Shown: positions 1 to 11,696 of the stretch, piece by piece
How the letters are laid out: the number at the start of each line of letters is the position of its first letter
Position numbering within the stretch: position 1 is the stretch's first letter
Assembly (NCBI GenBank): GCA_002269645.1
Contig: NIVC01002017.1
Span: forward strand, 148,622 to 212,621
DNA from: Macrostomum lignano
Taxonomy: Eukaryota
DNA length: 64,000 bases
Reading direction: 5' to 3'
Program-made: the position numbers and the translations under genes
The notes under the pieces: generated by a model
Seen by the model: only the letters and a program-made list of their open reading frames with translations
Databases searched by the model: none
What the model was told of the DNA's origin: nothing

Positions 1-1194
1 TGCTTGAACAGTAAGCATTTTATGTATAAAATGGTGTACTGCTCCGGAAAACTCCTACCACTGCTCAGACAGATGAGGCACATGCAGTCTCGATTTTTCA
101 TTAATTTCAACTGTCCGTACCATGCAGCCAGCGCATTGCTCTCAGGGACTACTAAAAATACTATAAGGACGGGAAACTAAAAAGATGAAAGCCCGATCTA
201 TTATAGTAGCAATGAGTCTTCGCAAATTATCACCTGGATGGGTTTTACCTTGTACTGCAGCCAGTGAGTCTGTGTCTGTGGTAAAAGCTATATCCATAGT
301 AGTGCTTTTCGAGGACTAAGATATTAATAGATCGGCCTCCCAACTTTTGTAGTTTCCCTTCCTTAGTATTGAGTAAGTCCCTGTACTGGTCTGTGCAGGC
401 GACTCTTATATTGTACAATACGTTCGGATAGATTGGGCTCAATGTCTTGTTTAACTGCAAGCAAAATTACAATTTATCGTAATTAGCTATCAAATAATGG
501 CCCATCCTACTCGCGAGTAGAGAGAATGCAGGTTTCTGCTATGATCACAGAAGAATTAGCTGAGTAGGACTTCGCTGAGAATTTAATCGCTTCTTTTATC
601 AGCTTCTCATAGAAATGGTCCACTTTACCTCTGCAAATTTTCTTGCTGAGAGGGTATAGATATAAGTTGAGCATTAATATGTATTTTTGATAAGACAAAG
701 TCAACGGTGTCGGCTAGGACCTTGTCTATTTAACTCAAGACAGCAGAGCGAAAGCGTAAGCAACTGACGCCAGGAAAATTCCAAGATGAAGGAGAGTTTT
801 GCTTGAATGTACAAGAGGACAATTATACTGAGTAGGCAAAGAGAGACAGACAGGGTCAGAGACAAGTTCAGAGACTGAGGTGGGGCAACTCAACTGTCTC
901 TCAACTGCTCTTCGTCAACCCAGGAAATGCAAAAGCAACTCAGAAAGAACAGGGTCTGGAGTAGAGAATTAAAGTTAGTAAAAAATCTTTCTCCCCTTCT
1001 GTAAAGACAGAACGGCTCACTCTGCACAGTTACTATGGAAACGGATTGACCCTATAAGCACGAATTGTATGTGCCCAGGTGTGTGTAAGAGAAAAAAGAC
1101 AGATAAAGTAATAAAACTGTGAGCTCCTGCCGAAATTGCTACCAGACTGCTAAGCAATAATCTCAGAAAAATCTAGCACTGACCAGCAGCCGTC

Positions 1195-2406
1195 ATGAGC
1201 TCCAAGGGCAAGTACACCTACTATTACTTCAACATTCGAGCCAGGGGCGAGTTTATCCGCTGGATTCTGGCTGCCAGTGGCCTGCCATGGGAGGACCGGC
1301 GAATTGAGATGCAGGAGTGGCAGAATTTGAAGCCAAGTGAGTGCTTTTGTGTATGCTTGCAATTTTTTGTAAAAATATTGAACGATAACACAATACATGT
1401 AGAGTCAGTAAATAAGCTTTAGTTCAGTAAAGTACAGTATACACGTATTGCAAAATTTGTAATACAAAAATTGTAACTATAAGCTTACATGAAAACTGTT
1501 GTATTCAGTAGATGTTTTGAGATGTTTCAGAAGATACTTTCGGTTGAGTATAATAATTTCCCAAAGTAGGGTAGATTCGGCAGAGCAGATCGCAGATTCG
1601 GCAGAAAGGATCGCAGATTCGGTAAAGTGGATCGCACACTAAGCAGAGTCGATCGCAGATTCGGTAGAGTGGATCGCAGATTCGGCAGAATGGATCGCAA
1701 GTTCGGTAGAGTAGATCTCAGATTCGGTAAAGCGGATTGCACACTCGACAGAGCAGATCCCAGATTCGGCAAAGCGTGACCCCTAACCGTCCCCGCACCC
1801 CAGCTATCCCCGGCAACGCGGTGCCCTACCTGGTCACTCCCGAGGGCTACCAGCTCCGCCAAAGCGAGGCCATCGCCCGCTACGTGGCCAAGAAGGGCGG
1901 CCTCGTTCCCACAGACGACCTGGCCGCTTACAAATGCGACGCCATCGTTGACACGGTCATGATTGACATGTTCGACGCCGTGGTGAAGTTCATGCCGCTC
2001 AAGTCGCCGGAGGAGCGAGCCAAGGGCTTCCAGAACTGGAACGAGCTGGCCGGGCCGAAGTTCTACGGCATTATCGATCAGTGGGTGAAGGAGAGCCGCT
2101 CGGGCTATTTGGTCGGCGATAGGGTGAGTAAAGCTCTGCTCCGCACTGCTCTACTTATAGTAGGCGAGCTAGGAATATGTACCGACTCTTTATCCAAGAA
2201 ACGCGAATAGCTCTTTATCCAATGCGCAGATGACCTGGGCTGACCTCACCGTGGCCTGCATCGTGAACAGCCTGGAACTCATCGATGAGATCAAGGCCAG
2301 CCAGGACGCCTACCCGGACGTGAAGGCCTTCGCAGAGCGGATCGCTCAGTCGGGCAAAGTGCAGGACTACCTGAAGACCAGGCCTGCCGGCTTGTTCCAG
2401 TTCTGA
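1195..2406 (+). CDS. Glutathione S-transferase, sigma-like; join(1195..1336,1804..2123,2230..2406)
   Basis: N-terminal YTYYYFNIRARGEFIRWILA (catalytic Tyr region), QSEAIARY motif, and C-terminal GDRMTWADL N-cap motif. GT/AG junctions keep frame; stop TGA at 2404-2406. Confidence 0.93.
1573..1776. repeat. 21-bp minisatellite (~10 units, GATCGCAGATTCGGCAGAGTG-like) in GST intron 1
   Basis: GATCGC recurs at 1588, 1609 and onward with period 21. Confidence 0.9.
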
Positions 2407-3034
2407 TGGACGAGCTGCTCGTTGACAGATCCTCTAGTGACTGTAGGTCCTATTTTTCATCTTAAAAACTGAATTACACGTACACGTAGCTTACAGCATA
2501 AATTATAAGAAATTATGAGTACTACATTAACTTGTTATTTATTAACTTTGAGCCTGAGCTGTTGATAATCTTAAACACCTTAGCCTGAATGAAGTAGTTA
2601 GCCGCACGTAGACACAAGTAAATTCACTAACAATTGAATTGCTTATAGTTGGCGAAATATATTGAAATATATTTCGATAAATTGTATCAGATTCCTACGC
2701 TGGTGCATCCACGCTCTAGCTGTTGTCATTTTTACTTTATAATTTATCATCTGATAAATGTTAGATACAAAACAACATGGCACCAATTCCACCTCCTATA
2801 AATTGGAAGCATCTTAATTTCAAACAAGCTTCATTTCCTGTCGGATTTTCTAGTCATCATGATCACTGCGACGATGCATCTCTGGATGAATTTATGCGTT
2901 GGTTGGATAGATACGTGTATATTCTTCTGCACTATATATTTGACTGTTAATGCTATTGTAGAAACATTACTATGCGTTTTCGTCTGTGACATTAGTTGGC
3001 GCCGGAAGGAGTCGAGGTCGGGGAGAGTGAGAAC

Positions 3035-3302
3035 CAGGGGCGGATTTAGGGGGGGGGGGGGCGGCCCCCCCCCCCCAAAATAGCTTAACCGAACATATTG
3101 CGCCCCCCAAAAAACCTAAATTTGCACCCCTAAGCTTGATTTTTCGCCCCCAAACGCCTTTTTAGCGCACCTAAGCTTGATTTTTCGCCCCTACGCGCAT
3201 TTTTTGCGCCCCCTAGCTTAAAAATTGGCGCCCCTTACACTCGTGTTGGCGCCCCAAACTTGGACCGCCCCCCCCCCAAATGAAACTTTGGATCCGCCAC
3301 TG
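3035..3302. mobile_element. hAT-type MITE (268 bp)
   Basis: Termini CAGGGGCGGATTT / GGATCCGCCACTG; exact 8-bp TSD GTGAGAAC at 3027-3034 and 3303-3310; internal GCCCC-AAGCTTGATTTTT subrepeats. Confidence 0.92.
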
Positions 3303-4219
3303 GTGAGAACAGTGGTGTGGGGGCAAAGCCCCCACTTTCTACAATTAAATGTAAAAAAATTTTAGTGTAATGGTCCACATCGACATTAATATGCACTGTA
3401 GTTTTTTTACCCTATAAAGAGAGAGACAGACAGAAGGTTTAAGAGAGCTGAGTAGAAAGACTTACATGTAGTAGATTTGATTGCTGGCATCTTTCATTTA
3501 CGCAAACAAAATCGCCATGGCTGACGCAGAGCCAACTACAGTGGGCTAAGTTCTGCCTCCTCTAGTTAACTACCGAGCTATACCGAATGGTGAGAGATCA
3601 GGAGTGACATCCGACGAGTTCGACTTGAGTTGCACGTCATTCAGGCGAGACGGGAACCGCTATAGATTCTCCGAGAAAACTGCTAGAGGATTTCGCTATC
3701 TTCAAGAGTTTATGAAGAACGTCAGTGAGAAATCAGGCCTTAGAAAAGGTGTACACCAACCGCTGCATACGGTAGGTAGTTTGACCTGTGCTTTTGCCCA
3801 GTCGCAATCCGATCGATATTCTTTCTGTCTGGTATTAACTGATTAACATAGGATTTCTCTGTTGAAAAGTTTCCCGGTGTTTTGCTAGCATCGAAAAATA
3901 TAATTTACCCTTCGTTATTGTCACCGAAAGGGCATAGCAATGAATAACAATAATATTTTAATAGCAACGAGAAAATGCGCACAACTGAGTGCGATCGGAC
4001 GCATTTGTTGTATATTTGAAATACACGAAAATTTATACACGCACTTGAGTACCTTTACAAGCAACAACATCGACATGGACGTCTAACTCTAAGGGAAAAC
4101 CCGGAATACTATAATTGATTTGTCTTTGCAAGCAACAAGCAAGGACCACTGTAGCATAACAGGACGTAAAACTCAATGATTGTGTAATTTATTAGGAGGC
4201 CAATTTCCTGTAAAAAATA

Positions 4220-4451
4220 CACTGCAGAGATAGGAAAAAATCATTTTTCATCAGACTCAATGATTGCATTTGATCTGGGGCAGTGAAGATTACTATTATT
4301 TCAATTTACCACGGACAGCATGTTACTCTGCTGCATTTTATATAGTTGTGTAGTGAAAGTTTCACTTTCATATTGTTTTCTTTTTTTTTCATAAGCTCAT
4401 AATCTTTACTGCCCCAGATGAAAAAAAAAGATTTTTACTACCTCTGCAGTG
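4220..4451. mobile_element. MITE-like element with ~30-bp imperfect TIRs (CACTGCAGAG...CTCTGCAGTG), TA on both sides
   Basis: CACTGCAGAGATAGGAAAAAATCATTTTTCATC is the reverse complement of GATGAAAAAAAAAGATTTTTACTACCTCTGCAGTG apart from a few mismatches. Confidence 0.7.
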
Positions 4452-4965
4452 TATTTTCAAGAAAAGTGTGCGTCCTCCAAAAATGATACGAACGGAGTTT
4501 TGAGTCCTGTCCTTTGCAACAATATTGACATGGATGTCTAACTCTAAGGGAAAGCCCGGCCCAATCTGATTCACCAATATTGTTGAGCTAAGTATCAATT
4601 ACCATGCGCTCCTGGTTGGCTCCAACCACCCTTAAAATACCGACTGGAAACGACAGACTTCAACGCTATTAAGAATACACAAAGACAAATAATAGCTTCT
4701 AAATATTGATATCTACACTCATTTTTACGACGGATTAAAACATCATTGCAACAGAATGATAAAAAGCGCTTGATTGAATACTGAATCGAAAAAAATGAAC
4801 AAAAAATATAACTGTTACCAGTCTGTTCCAACTGAGACAAAAAATCTAACCTAAACAATAAACTAAGAATAACATTGAGAGCTCGCTGTCGCTCTTCAAG
4901 TAAACAGTGATGCGATTTAAAAAGCATCAGTCCAAAAAATGGCGCGAACGTTCCTGTTGGCTCCC

Positions 4966-5230
4966 CCACCTCACTCCTGCACCCAACTCACTACTCACCC
5001 CCCCTCACTCCTCACCCACGTCTCTCCTTACCCAACCTCACTCCTCACCCACCTCACTCCTTACCCACCTCACTCCTCACCCACCTCACTCCTTACCCAC
5101 CTCACTCCTCACCCACCTCACTCCCCACCCCCCTCATTCCTCACCCCCTCACTCCTCACCCACGTCACTCCTTACCCAACCTCACTCCTCACCCACCTCA
5201 CTCCTCACCCCCTCATTCCTTACCCACCTC
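4966..5230. repeat. Low-complexity ~16-bp repeat (CTCACTCCTCACCCAC-like) just past the PP2C stop codon
   Basis: Visible tandem units. The ORFs called here are repeat artefacts. Confidence 0.85.
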
Positions 5231-5241
5231 AGTTCCATTAG

Positions 5242-7639
5242 TCACATAGGCAGGTAGACGCTGCGAGACTTGGGAGGCCTGGCGCAGGCCTGAAACAGAT
5301 GCCTGCTGCCTTTCCGATGCAGGAAGCCGATAATCATGACGGTCATATTGTCGCAGCCGAGGCCGCTATTGTGACAGTCGGGAGCCAGGCACTGCATCAT
5401 CAGGTCTTCGCACACCTGCGGCAAAAAATGCGCAGTTCAGAGGACGAGAGTAACTTCTTTGACAACGACAGGAACGACATCCGGCCGGGATCGAACCCCC
5501 ACTCTAGCCACATCCGGGATCGAATCCTCACTCTTACCACATCCGGGATCGAACCCCCACTCTTACCACATCCGGGATCGAATCCTCACTCTTACCAAAT
5601 CCGGGATCGAACCCTCACCCTTACCACATCCGGGATCGAACCCCCACTCTTACCACGTCCGGGTCCATCTCCTGGGCCAATCGGACACGAACAAAGTTCA
5701 CCACCTCCTGATTGGTGAGCACGTCCCAGATGCCGTCACACGCCAGCACGATGAATTCAACATCGGGTGTCACGTCGTTCACGGTGACGTCAGGCTTCGC
5801 TGATGTAGAAGATCAGATGACATATAGATGTAGGGACACTTTCAAACAAAAGATAAATAAGCGACCTCAAAGCGTCAAAGCCTAACAAAAGGCCTGTAAT
5901 TATTGTATCAATGAATCCGGGTAATGAGTGTTGCAAATAAACAGTTTCTCAGCACACCTGTTCCACTGATTTCTTGCAGGCTTTCGTTTCAGTCAGTGAT
6001 GACAGAGCAGGATCTGTGTCAGATCTTGACTGAGTCCTTTGCACGAGCTAATTAACTGCTTCATTTTCAAATAGACAAATCCCACTGACTCACTCTGAGT
6101 CCTAAAGTGTCGCAATGTCTAAAAATTTAAAGATTTAAGCCTTCCAGAGTCACAAAGGCACTTTCAAAGTAACAAAACGTCACTCTTGGTGTCGCTCTTA
6201 TTTTGTCAAAATGCTCCCCTTTGTTAAAAGAGGAATATCACTCTCCCAGAGCACTCCCATGTCACTCACCTGTAACAATCTGCTCCTCTGCGCTCTTCTT
6301 AGTGTTCCTTTTAAACACGAAATCGCCCAGCGCTCTGCTCAGCGCCAGATTGCCATTGACCCGGTTGAAGTCAACCCAGCCACCGGCAGCTTGAATCCGA
6401 GCTTTCTCCGTCTCATTGCTCGGCTTGTGATCTCTGCTGAGTTCCACGGCCAACCCGCAGACGCTCATCACGGCTCGGCTGTCGCCGGCGCTGGCGCACC
6501 AGACCCGGCCTTCGCGGAGAATGATGGCCAGCGCTGTGGAGCCCGCCAGCTCGTCTCTGGTCTCCTTGCAGTTCTGCATCTCCTCGTCTAGCGCTAGGAA
6601 GCCCCGCTCCATTGCGGCACTGGGGTCAGCTGGGAATGACGGCTGCGCCAGGATCTTGCGATGCAGGTTGGCCGCCGCGTACTTGGCCACCTTGGGGTGT
6701 CCGGCGAAACCGGATTAATTTATCTAGAAACTTATCTAGTCTAGCTTTTTCACCAGAAAGCTTAGGCCAGAGATTCTCCCTCACCCCTAGAATCTCAGCC
6801 CAGAGATTCACTCTCTTCCCTTAGAAGCTCAGCCCCAGAGATTCACTCTCCCTCTAGAATCTTAGCCCCAGATATTCATTCTCTCGCCTTAGAATCTCAG
6901 CCCAGAGATTCACTCTCTTGTCTGAGAATCTCAGCCCAGAGATTCACTCTCTCGCCTTAAAATCTCAGCCCAGAGATTCACTCTCTTCCCTTAGAAGCTC
7001 AGCCCCAAAGATTCACTCTCGTCTTAGAATCTCAGCCCAAAGGTTCACTCTCTCGTTTTAGAATCTCGGCCCAAAGGTTCACTCTCCCGCTTTAGAATCT
7101 CAGCCCAGAGATTCACTCTCTCCCCTTAGAAGCTCAGCCCCAGAGATTCACTCTCTCGTCTTAGAAGCTAAGCCCAGAGATTTACTCTCTCCCCTTAGAA
7201 GCTAAGCCCGAGATTTACTCTCTCCCCTTAGAATCTCAGCCCAGAGATTCACTCTCTCGCCTTAGAATCTCAGCCCAGAGATTCACTCTCTCCGCCAGAA
7301 TCTCAGGGGCAGAGCAGTTATACCCAATGGAAGCTCCTACAGACGATTTATTGTAATTCATTCTTTTAACCAACTCCTTAAGCTTCGGAGCCCCATGGAA
7401 TTGACAGATCAATAAGCAAACTGTCATTTAGACAGTGGGGTCACCTTGGAGCCGCCATGCCCATCAAAAACGGCAAAGTAAGCGGTGTCTAGGTGACCAG
7501 GCAGGCTGAGGAAGCTGGAATGCGCATCTTCCATGTGAACCCGCCAGCCCTGCATGTTGGATGTGCCAACAGTGAGGTCTGGACTGCGTTTCAATGATGT
7601 GTCCTTGTTTGTGACAGGCTCTGATAAGGTTTGGCCCAT
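5242..7639 (-). CDS. PP2C/PPM-family Ser/Thr phosphatase, 311 aa; complement(join(5242..5415,5654..5799,6270..6690,7445..7639))
   Basis: MGQTLSEPVT N-terminus, GWRVHMEDAH, FAVFDGHGG, AGDSRAV, SRDHKP, GNLALSRALGD, LACDGIWDV and GCDNMTV motifs. Exon lengths 195+421+146+174=936 nt, in frame. Confidence 0.95.
5485..5663. repeat. 6 x 29-bp tandem repeat filling PP2C intron 3 and overlapping the exon 3 donor
   Basis: Unit CCGGGATCGAACCCCCACTCTTACCACAT starts at 5485, 5514, 5543, 5572, 5601 and 5630. Confidence 0.92.
6750..7305. repeat. 32-34-bp minisatellite (~16 units, CTTAGAATCTCAGCCCAGAGATTCACTCTCT) in PP2C intron 1
   Basis: AGAATCTCAGCC-like motif at 6789, 6823, 6856 and onward. Confidence 0.92.
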
Positions 7640-9341
7640 TGCAAACTGGCTGCCTAAGCATAAAATTGTTTTTGATCTGTCAAGTTAGAAATGATCAGAA
7701 AAAAACTAGAAAAGTTTTTCTGCATATAATCTTATAAAATTAAAAAATCAAAAACTATATCAATAGACTATTATAAGTCAATTGCAATACTCTCTCTATT
7801 TTCATATACTTTATATGAAAATAAAGTAAATGAAAATGGTAATGGTAAAGTAATGGTAAATGGTAAAGTAAATGAAAGTATTATATTGTTAATTAAAAGA
7901 AAATGATTAAATTTGGTTTGCTTAGTATATAAATATAATCAAATGATTAGTTTTATTATATATGATATTTATTTTAATATTTCTCTCAATGTAAAAATAC
8001 TTAGATATTATTATTTCAAATTGAAAACATAGATTTTGTGCTTTACAAATAGCTAAGCTTAAATTAAAGTAAAAAAAGTAAGCTATAAATAAATATTGAT
8101 TTTTTTACAAAAGAAAACATCTAAACTTAGTTAGAAACACTTTATTTTAAGCATAAGGAATGCCAAAGCTATTCTAATAGACTGAAAACAATGTCACTGG
8201 CATGCTCATAATATAAAAATGACATGAAGGAAGATAAATGATAAAGAAAATGCTTATCAACAATAAAGCAAATGTTGATATGATATCAATAATATCAGCA
8301 CAAGGAAATAATATTGAGAAGGCCTAAAAACTGTAGTAGGTACTACAATGAATGGCCGAATCAATATTATTCATGCATATAAATAAATGCACAAAAAACT
8401 TAAATACTCCTTTGAAGAGAGTGCTCTACAATTCGGATATTTTGAATAAAATCAGAAAATATATGACCGTTATACCTAGAATTGATGAAGCAACTATCAA
8501 TATGGGGTAAATCATTCGCCAGTAACTAAAAGAACCCGTAAAAATACCCCTTTCTATTCTTAATTAATTATATATTTCAATTTAGTCCTTCTCCCTAATT
8601 AGTTACAGTTAGTATAAGGGCAGTGAGGCCGGCTTACTATAAATCAGCTGCCAATTTTTATTTGCAAACAAATTATAATTAAATTGCATCGGTGATGCAT
8701 TATACATTACATACAACTTAAAACAAAAAAATAAGTTCCTAAAATTTAGCGCGTCTCTTTTTAATAATTGCTTGTTATTTTTTTATTGAATATCTTGAAC
8801 AGAGTTATTGCCGTTATATGCGGATTACCAGAACTGTGGAGAACCATTCCAGTTTCGTCAATTAACCACGAATACTCTCGTACTAGTCTACTCTCGTGGA
8901 TGCTAGTATTAGTTCTCACTACTCTCCTTGCAGATTATTAGCAGAACATACAGTGTAGTTTTGCAACTAACTTGCAGGGTCTTGCAGGGTCTTGATCCGC
9001 GGTACTTGATACGCGTCATGTGTTCATAAGAATAAATCTGCATGTTTGGCATTCATGCAAGACTATAGTCTCAGTTCGGCTGAATTGACTGGAACCATGC
9101 ATATACTCATGTGGTCGATTGTACTCTGAGTGAGATAATTAAAGCAGCAAAAATGCACTAGATTCCAAAAATAGCAGGTACAGCTTCGAGCAATATGTTC
9201 TTTACATACGCTCGTATCATTTTGCTGTGAAAATGAAAGTCTTCCTATAAAATTTTACCAACACAGTATCACTAGTAAATAAACTACTACTATATTACTA
9301 AATAGTGACTACATATTTAGTTAGTGACTAGTATAACTGTA

Positions 9342-9711
9342 TAATGAGGACGCATTTTTTTCCAAATCCCGCGCTAGCACATGGGCTCTAAACTTACTAG
9401 CCTAGTAACAGTGGGCAATGGGCATTTTTTCATAGAATCTATACTAGATATAATGTTTGGTCATACTAGTAGTCATAATAACATAGGCATAGCTTTTTGG
9501 GTCATAAATCATCGCTTTCGAAGCTGGTCTGCAACCACATGCGCCTCACTCAGTGTTGAGGCGGGCGCCAGATGGTCTGAGGGGATGCGAATGATAGCTT
9601 TTTTCTCATCATTTTTGACAGGCCATCAGATTTATGAGGTCAGAGCCTATTGTTCGGGTTCACTCAAGCGTGTGACAGTTTTGACAGCTATGCGTTTTAC
9701 CCCTAAAAGTA
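9342..9711 (+). repeat. Arm A (370 bp); inverted copy A' at 11305..11694
   Basis: GAGGACGCATTTTTTCCAAATCCCGCGCTAGCAC...CCCCTAAAAGTA is the reverse complement of TACTTTTAGGGG...GTGCTAGCGCGGGATTTGGGAAAAAGTGCGTCCTC along its length. Confidence 0.93.
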
Positions 9712-11306
9712 TGATGGGTTTCGACCTTCGGGTCCCTTGTTAGGAAGCCTTCGGGCCTCAGGCTCAGAAACAAATCACTTAGAGACCTGGCCCCCCACTC
9801 CTGTCAGATGGTCAGCCCCATGGTAGCTTGATCGTGTGGCGAGCAGTCTAGGTCCTATAGCTAAGAGAGGGAAAGCGAGAGACAAGCAGGGAGAATTTTG
9901 AAGGTAGAAATTAGCTAATCCGCAGACTAAGCTAACTCGCTGCCACCAGCCCGTGCGTCGTGGCTCACCACACCGAGACTTTCGAAATCGGGCTTCCGAC
10001 TAGAAGGGGCTCTGCACTTACCTGCCAACTAGTGTCTTTTTGCTGTCAATCTCGAAGTCATAGCCGATGATAAGGGACACTGCTGGGACTAGATCGCATT
10101 GGCCATGCAGGTACAGAGGGGACTTGTCCAGGGGATTCTTGCAGTGGCGAGTCTATGGGGTAGCTACATGTACTATTACATTGCTAAATACGAAGATATG
10201 TACTTTTGGCCTTCAACGCGCCAACTAGCCTCTCATAGCGCTGATGATAGACTAACTCGAACTTCAGAGACCTCGCATGATTCATTACCCGAGCCGCTTG
10301 GCGAACCTAGAGTGCACAAAGTACATCTCTGGCGCCGATTCTGCACTTCTGGCAGTTTTGCTCACTGATTTGATTGATTGATCGACTGGGGACTGCCTGG
10401 CCATTGGTCCACTGTGACCGGCGCCTACTAGCTTAGCCACTCATCTGAGCCATCGGCGAACAAAGAAATAAAACCGATAAAAATAACTGCCAGATTTAAC
10501 CTTCTCCTTTGATCACTTCACACCTCAGATTGAATTGGAGGTCAGACTACTAGTAGTATTATTAAGTGATTTCTGCCTCAGTAACAGCACTACTGAACAA
10601 AATGAGAAAAAGTGTGCGCCTAATTCAACTACTGAAACAGGGGACAGATAGGGGATCACCCAATCAAGCAAATCTAGGTAGCCTCTCACCCAACCAATCA
10701 GAAACTCAACAGCCGGAGACCAGGTAATCCACAGTGACCGAATCGGCTTGATGCCTCGCAGCTGTAGACTCGGGATGATGCTGACACAATCTTCGCTGAT
10801 AGCTAGCAGGTGATGATCTTCGCTTGATGTTCGCTGCTGACGACCGGGGGATTCGTCCTTGATGATGATGGGGGGAAGTCGCAATCCGGGGATCAAGAAA
10901 CGACGGTCGCGCTCCGGGAACCAGAAGTTGCGTGCTGGACCCGAGCAAGAGTTGCGTCCGAGCGGGCCAAAAACTCCGGTTTAAGTAGCCGCCTACTGGA
11001 CCGCAGTTTGTTATAATGGAACACGTCGGTTCTGATTGGCTGAGCCGTTTTGTTAAAATGAGCGCCGAATTTTCTGATTGGCTAAGCTTGTTGCTACCCA
11101 GAATCACGTGACCGAGAGATCCTATCAGTTCCCACAGGGTCGTAAAAAGATGACAGGTGCGGCCATAAATCACTCAAAATCGCTGAGGATTTTGACTTTT
11201 CGCGTAGGATTGACAGAAATTAATGAAAAAATATACATTAGAAAGCTCTTATTAAATAGAAAGTGAAGATAATGAAGAGGAAACGCTAATCACTAATCCT
11301 AAAGTA
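9712..11306 (+). repeat. Arm B (~1.6 kb); inverted copy B' at 11697..13315
   Basis: TGATGGGTTTCGACC start matches the reverse complement of GGTCGAAACCCATCA (13301-13315). CTAATCCTAAAGTA end matches TACTTTGGGATTAG (11697). Internal ORF-like segments match in opposite orientation. Confidence 0.93.
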
Positions 11307-11694
11307 CTTTTAGGGGTAAAACGCATAGCTGTCAAAGCTGTCACACGCTTGAGTGAATCCGAACAATAGGCTCTGACCTCATAAATTTTGATGGCCTGTC
11401 AAAATGATGAGAAAAAAGCTACCGCCCGCATCCTCTCAGACCATCTGGCGCCCGTCTCAACACTGAGTGAGGCGCAGGTGGCTGTCAGACCAACTTCGGA
11501 AGCGATGATTTACGACCCAAAAAGCTGCGCCTATGTTATTATGACTACTAGTATGGCCAGACATTATATCTAGTATAGATTCTATGACAATTTGCAGAAA
11601 AAGAATAAAAATGCCCATTGCCCACTGTAAGTAGGCTAGTAAGTTTAGAGCCCATGTGCTAGCGCGGGATTTGGGAAAAAGTGCGTCCTCATCA
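11305..11694 (-). repeat. Arm A' (inverted, diverged copy of 9342..9711)
   Basis: Colinear reverse complement with scattered substitutions and a ~20-nt indel. Confidence 0.93.
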
Positions 11695-11696
11695 AG

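Noticed and set aside
7660-8700. Long AT-rich tract as organellar insertion or origin
   Set aside because: No recognisable mitochondrial gene or tRNA; consistent with ordinary intronic or upstream low-complexity DNA.
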